Assembly: GCA_041690295.1 (NCBI GenBank)
Contig: JAWLHR010000025.1
Span: 1-39,787 of the forward strand
Length of the DNA stretch: 39,787 nucleotides
Direction: 5' to 3'
From: Bdellovibrionales bacterium
Lineage (GTDB): Bacteria > Bdellovibrionota > Bdellovibrionia > Bdellovibrionales > UBA1609
Shown here: positions 37,242 through 39,787 of the stretch, in pieces
Position numbering within the stretch: the stretch's first letter is position 1
Layout of the letters: each line of letters opens with the position of its first letter
Position numbers and translations under genes: made by a program
Notes under the pieces: generated by a model
Seen by the model: only the letters and a program-made list of their open reading frames with translations
Told to the model about the DNA's origin: nothing
Database searches by the model: none

Positions 37242-38216
37242 ATGCAGGTGAACCCCACCGACTTCATCCCTATCCCGATCACCGAGTTCGTCAACGGTGT
37301 GACCATTCCGGTGGACGTTTATATCCGCCTAAATGATGATCACTTTGTACTGGTGGGTAAAGCCGGCGCTGTATCTAGTGTTGATCAATTCAAGAACTAT
37401 CAGAACAAAGAAGTTTCCTACCTTTGGGTTCCAAGAAAAGAATATTACAAGATCACTCATCAATCGATCACCATCGCCGGCATCGCTTTGAGCAAAAAAG
37501 ATCTTGATGATTCGGCCAAAGCCACGCTGGTGACTCACTCGGCGCGGGCCATGTTCCGCCAGATCGAAGGCTCCGGCATCGACCTTGAGACCTTCAACAA
37601 TTCCAAGCAGATTTGTGAAGCGGTTCTGGGCTTGGTCGAGACCCATAAGTCGTTGACCAGCTTGCTCAGTTCGTTGAAGAACTATTCCGATCAGCTGATG
37701 TCCCATAGCATTGCCGTGAGCATGCTCAGCGTGCTGATCGGTCAGGCGCTGGGTTACGAGAAAAAGGCCACCTTGGAAAAGCTGGCTTTGGGCGGCTTGT
37801 TGCACGACATCGGCATGAAAGCAATTCCGCCGGAGCTCGTAAAGAAGCCGATCGCGCAGATGACCCCTGAAGAGGTTCAGATCTACGAAACGCACTCCTT
37901 TAAAGGGATGCAGATGCTCCAGAGTCTCGGCATTGTCCCCGATGACATTGTCTCGATCGTTTACGAGCACCATGAGAACTCGATTGGACAGGGCTTTCCG
38001 CAGCGACTGCGGGACGTTAAGATGCACCCTCTGGCGAAGGTGGTGGCTTTGGCCGATGCCTACGCCACATTGATCATTCCCAATGTGAACTGCCCCGAGC
38101 CCAAGAACCCCCGTGAGGCTCTCATGTACATCGAGCACACGTTGGGGATCCCCTACAACCGCGAGGCCTTCCGGGCTTTGAAAAAAATCATTGAAGGCGA
38201 ACGCAAAGCCGCCTAA
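37242..38216 (+). CDS. HD-GYP-like phosphohydrolase (non-canonical motif)
   Basis: HSIAV, GLLHDIG, YETHS, HHENSIGQGFP, VALADAY. Confidence 0.9.
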   Translation: MQVNPTDFIPIPITEFVNGVTIPVDVYIRLNDDHFVLVGKAGAVSSVDQFKNYQNKEVSYLWVPRKEYYKITHQSITIAGIALSKKDLDDSAKATLVTHSARAMFRQIEGSGIDLETFNNSKQICEAVLGLVETHKSLTSLLSSLKNYSDQLMSHSIAVSMLSVLIGQALGYEKKATLEKLALGGLLHDIGMKAIPPELVKKPIAQMTPEEVQIYETHSFKGMQMLQSLGIVPDDIVSIVYEHHENSIGQGFPQRLRDVKMHPLAKVVALADAYATLIIPNVNCPEPKNPREALMYIEHTLGIPYNREAFRALKKIIEGERKAA

Positions 38217-38261
38217 ATTTAGCCTGTTCTTTAAGCACTTTAATTTTCGAGGATTTTTAGG

Positions 38262-38290
38262 TTGACGCGACCCCATGTGGAGCGTAGCTT
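38262..38290 (+). promoter_or_regulatory. sigma70 promoter of the tRNA gene
   Basis: TTGACG (38262-38267), 17 bp, TAGCTT (38285-38290); AT-rich upstream tract and GC-rich sequence downstream of the -10. Confidence 0.7.
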
Positions 38291-38314
38291 CCAAAGCGCC
38301 TTAAACTTCTTTGT

Positions 38315-38391
<77 letters not shown>

Positions 38392-38558
38392 ATTTTAATT
38401 TATGAAGGAAAGCTTTACTGCTCCCCGATAACTCGTTGATAGGTTAATCCGGAGACCTGGCGACCTCAATGTACCGAACCCTTGAACCTAAAAATCTGAT
38501 ATATGGAGTCATTCTGAAACCGAGCTGCGATTCGACTTCCGATTCGGAAGTGGAAAAA

Positions 38559-38609
38559 GTAGGCCGTTCCTTTTCAGGATGCCACGCATCCTGAAAAGGA
38601 ACGGCCTAC
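38559..38609. repeat. Perfect 24-bp inverted repeat, GTAG-footed (REP doublet-like)
   Basis: GTAGGCCGTTCCTTTTCAGGATGC-cac-GCATCCTGAAAAGGAACGGCCTAC. Confidence 0.9.
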
Positions 38610-38627
38610 CTTTCGATGGAGTTAGCC

Positions 38628-38723
38628 ATGTCACAGAAGCCGATACCGTCCAACGAGTGGAATGATTTTTTCGAGAGCGAGCTCTGCTCACTCGGTGATC
38701 GGCTATTCCGTGTCGCAGGCTGA
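38628..38723 (+). pseudogene. 31-codon ORF resembling the N-terminus of an ECF sigma factor
   Basis: GGAG SD, then MSQKPIPSNEWNDFFESELCSLGDRLFRVAG*; FE.E...L.D.LFRVA recalls ECF region 1.2/2.1. Resemblance judged by eye. Confidence 0.4.
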
Positions 38724-38728
38724 CGGCC

Positions 38729-39463
38729 ATGTTGTTTGACCTGGGCCTGTTTATTACCGCCATAATCGCGGCCGGTGTCGCTTCTGTGACCGGATTCGGC
38801 ATTGGTAGTCTCGTCACCCCCGTCCTCAGCCTTTCGGTAGGCACCAAACTCGCCGTCGCGGTTGTTTCCATTCCGCACCTCATTGCCACGGCCATGCGTT
38901 TTTGGATGCTCAGGGGACATGTCGATAAAAAAGTCCTGCTGGGATTCGGCTTAATGAGTGCCGTCGGCGGCCTCACGGGAGCATTGCTTCACGCTCATTT
39001 CGCAACGCCCTCTCTTACGTTGATTTTTGGTGGCATTTTGATTTTCGCGGGCTTCATGGGCGCGAGCGGACTCTCAGAGAAGATGCGCTTCCATGGGGTG
39101 GGTTCCTGGATCGCCGGTGGTGTCTCTGGAATGCTCGGAGGAATGGTAGGTAATCAGGGTGGCATTCGTTCGGCCGCGTTGCTTGGGTTTCAAATCTCGA
39201 AAGAATCTTTCGTTGCAACGGCGACGGCCATCGGGCTTATTGTCGACGCGGCCAGGATGCCTGTTTATTTTTGGAGTGAGTGGAGTGGAATATTGGTTAG
39301 CGGGCGTTGGATTCTATTAACGAGTATTGGCGTGGTGATCGGGACATTTCTCGGAGCAAAGCTGCTCAATCGCCTGCCCGAACGGACCTTCAGGCGCTTT
39401 GTCTCCTCAGTTATATTTATTCTCGGTGTATTCATGACCTACCGAGGCGTCCTCGATGGATAG
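38729..39463 (+). CDS. Sulfite exporter TauE/SafE family membrane protein
   Basis: AGVASVTGFGIG..TPVL and GGVSGMLGGMVGNQGG duplicated motifs; about 8 TMs; GAKLLNRLPERTFRR. Confidence 0.92.
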   Translation: MLFDLGLFITAIIAAGVASVTGFGIGSLVTPVLSLSVGTKLAVAVVSIPHLIATAMRFWMLRGHVDKKVLLGFGLMSAVGGLTGALLHAHFATPSLTLIFGGILIFAGFMGASGLSEKMRFHGVGSWIAGGVSGMLGGMVGNQGGIRSAALLGFQISKESFVATATAIGLIVDAARMPVYFWSEWSGILVSGRWILLTSIGVVIGTFLGAKLLNRLPERTFRRFVSSVIFILGVFMTYRGVLDG

Positions 39464-39558
39464 ACCAAGCTCCGATAGGACGAGGGACTTCGCGATTTGA
39501 AAGTCGCGGATATCTCAAGCAGTTTATTAGAAATGTGAAAAAGGGCAAACCAGCGTTG

Positions 39559-39786
39559 CTAACCTTCCAACAACGCCTTTAATGTTCGAAGGTCTTTTTC
39601 AACCATCGCGGCATCCCGAATGAAATCTCGTTCCGACATGGAGGGGAGACGATAAAGGGTGAATACAACCTCCGAGCCGTCGCCGTTTTTTGCCCAGTAA
39701 GTAACTCCGATCGAAGGTCGTAGCTTTCCATTCACGGCCGTCAGGCCGTGTTCATGTCGCCGTGGTTCCAGCGAAGATTTGGTTAT
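39559..39786 (-). CDS. Partial ORF ending in an SRPBCC/polyketide-cyclase-like C-terminus (runs off the window edge)
   Basis: Hand translation: ...KNGDGSEVVFTLYRLPSMSERDFIRDAAMVEKDLRTLKALLEG*; the frame is open to the window edge. Confidence 0.65.
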   Translation of the reverse strand: MTKSSLEPRRHEHGLTAVNGKLRPSIGVTYWAKNGDGSEVVFTLYRLPSMSERDFIRDAAMVEKDLRTLKALLEG

Positions 39787-39787
39787 T

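Noticed and set aside
38559..38609. Rho-independent terminator of the tRNA
   Set aside because: It lies about 170 nt from the tRNA, the stem is unusually long and there is no U-tract on the + strand. A minus-strand terminator role (T5 follows the stem on that strand) is not excluded.
38509..38976. Minus-strand 155-aa and 104-aa ORFs
   Set aside because: Antisense to TauE and running through the inverted repeat, with no recognisable domain.

Overview
Mostly core chromosome of a Gram-negative bacterium. The gene content and order suggest Bdellovibrionota; this is an inference from the sequence, not a database result. Housekeeping blocks: miaB-DUF151-gamma-CA-guaB, thiolase-scoA-scoB, pyk, argS, lptD, and the long minus-strand run ABC ATPase/permease-ffh-rpsP-khpA-rimM-trmD-SPOUT methylase-rplS-rnhB-yraN. 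They are interspersed with signalling and lineage-specific genes: CHASE2 adenylate cyclase, cNMP-binding protein, STAS protein, non-canonical HD-GYP protein, tandem-GYF membrane protein, ChaN-like protein, VKOR-DsbA fusion, H1-like basic protein and coiled-coil proteins. An initiator tRNA-fMet lies at 38315-38391. The two window ends look accessory. At the left end, an HNH endonuclease ORF has a structured, stop-interrupted 5' region and is followed directly by an alternating 21-bp tandem array. At the right end, after the tRNA, are a 17-bp palindrome, a perfect 24-bp GTAG-footed inverted repeat, a 31-codon sigma-like fragment, a TauE gene and a partial SRPBCC-like ORF. Several lineage-specific genes have sigma28 (FliA)-like boxes very close to their start codons. 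No CRISPR array, rRNA, integrase or transposase was recognised.
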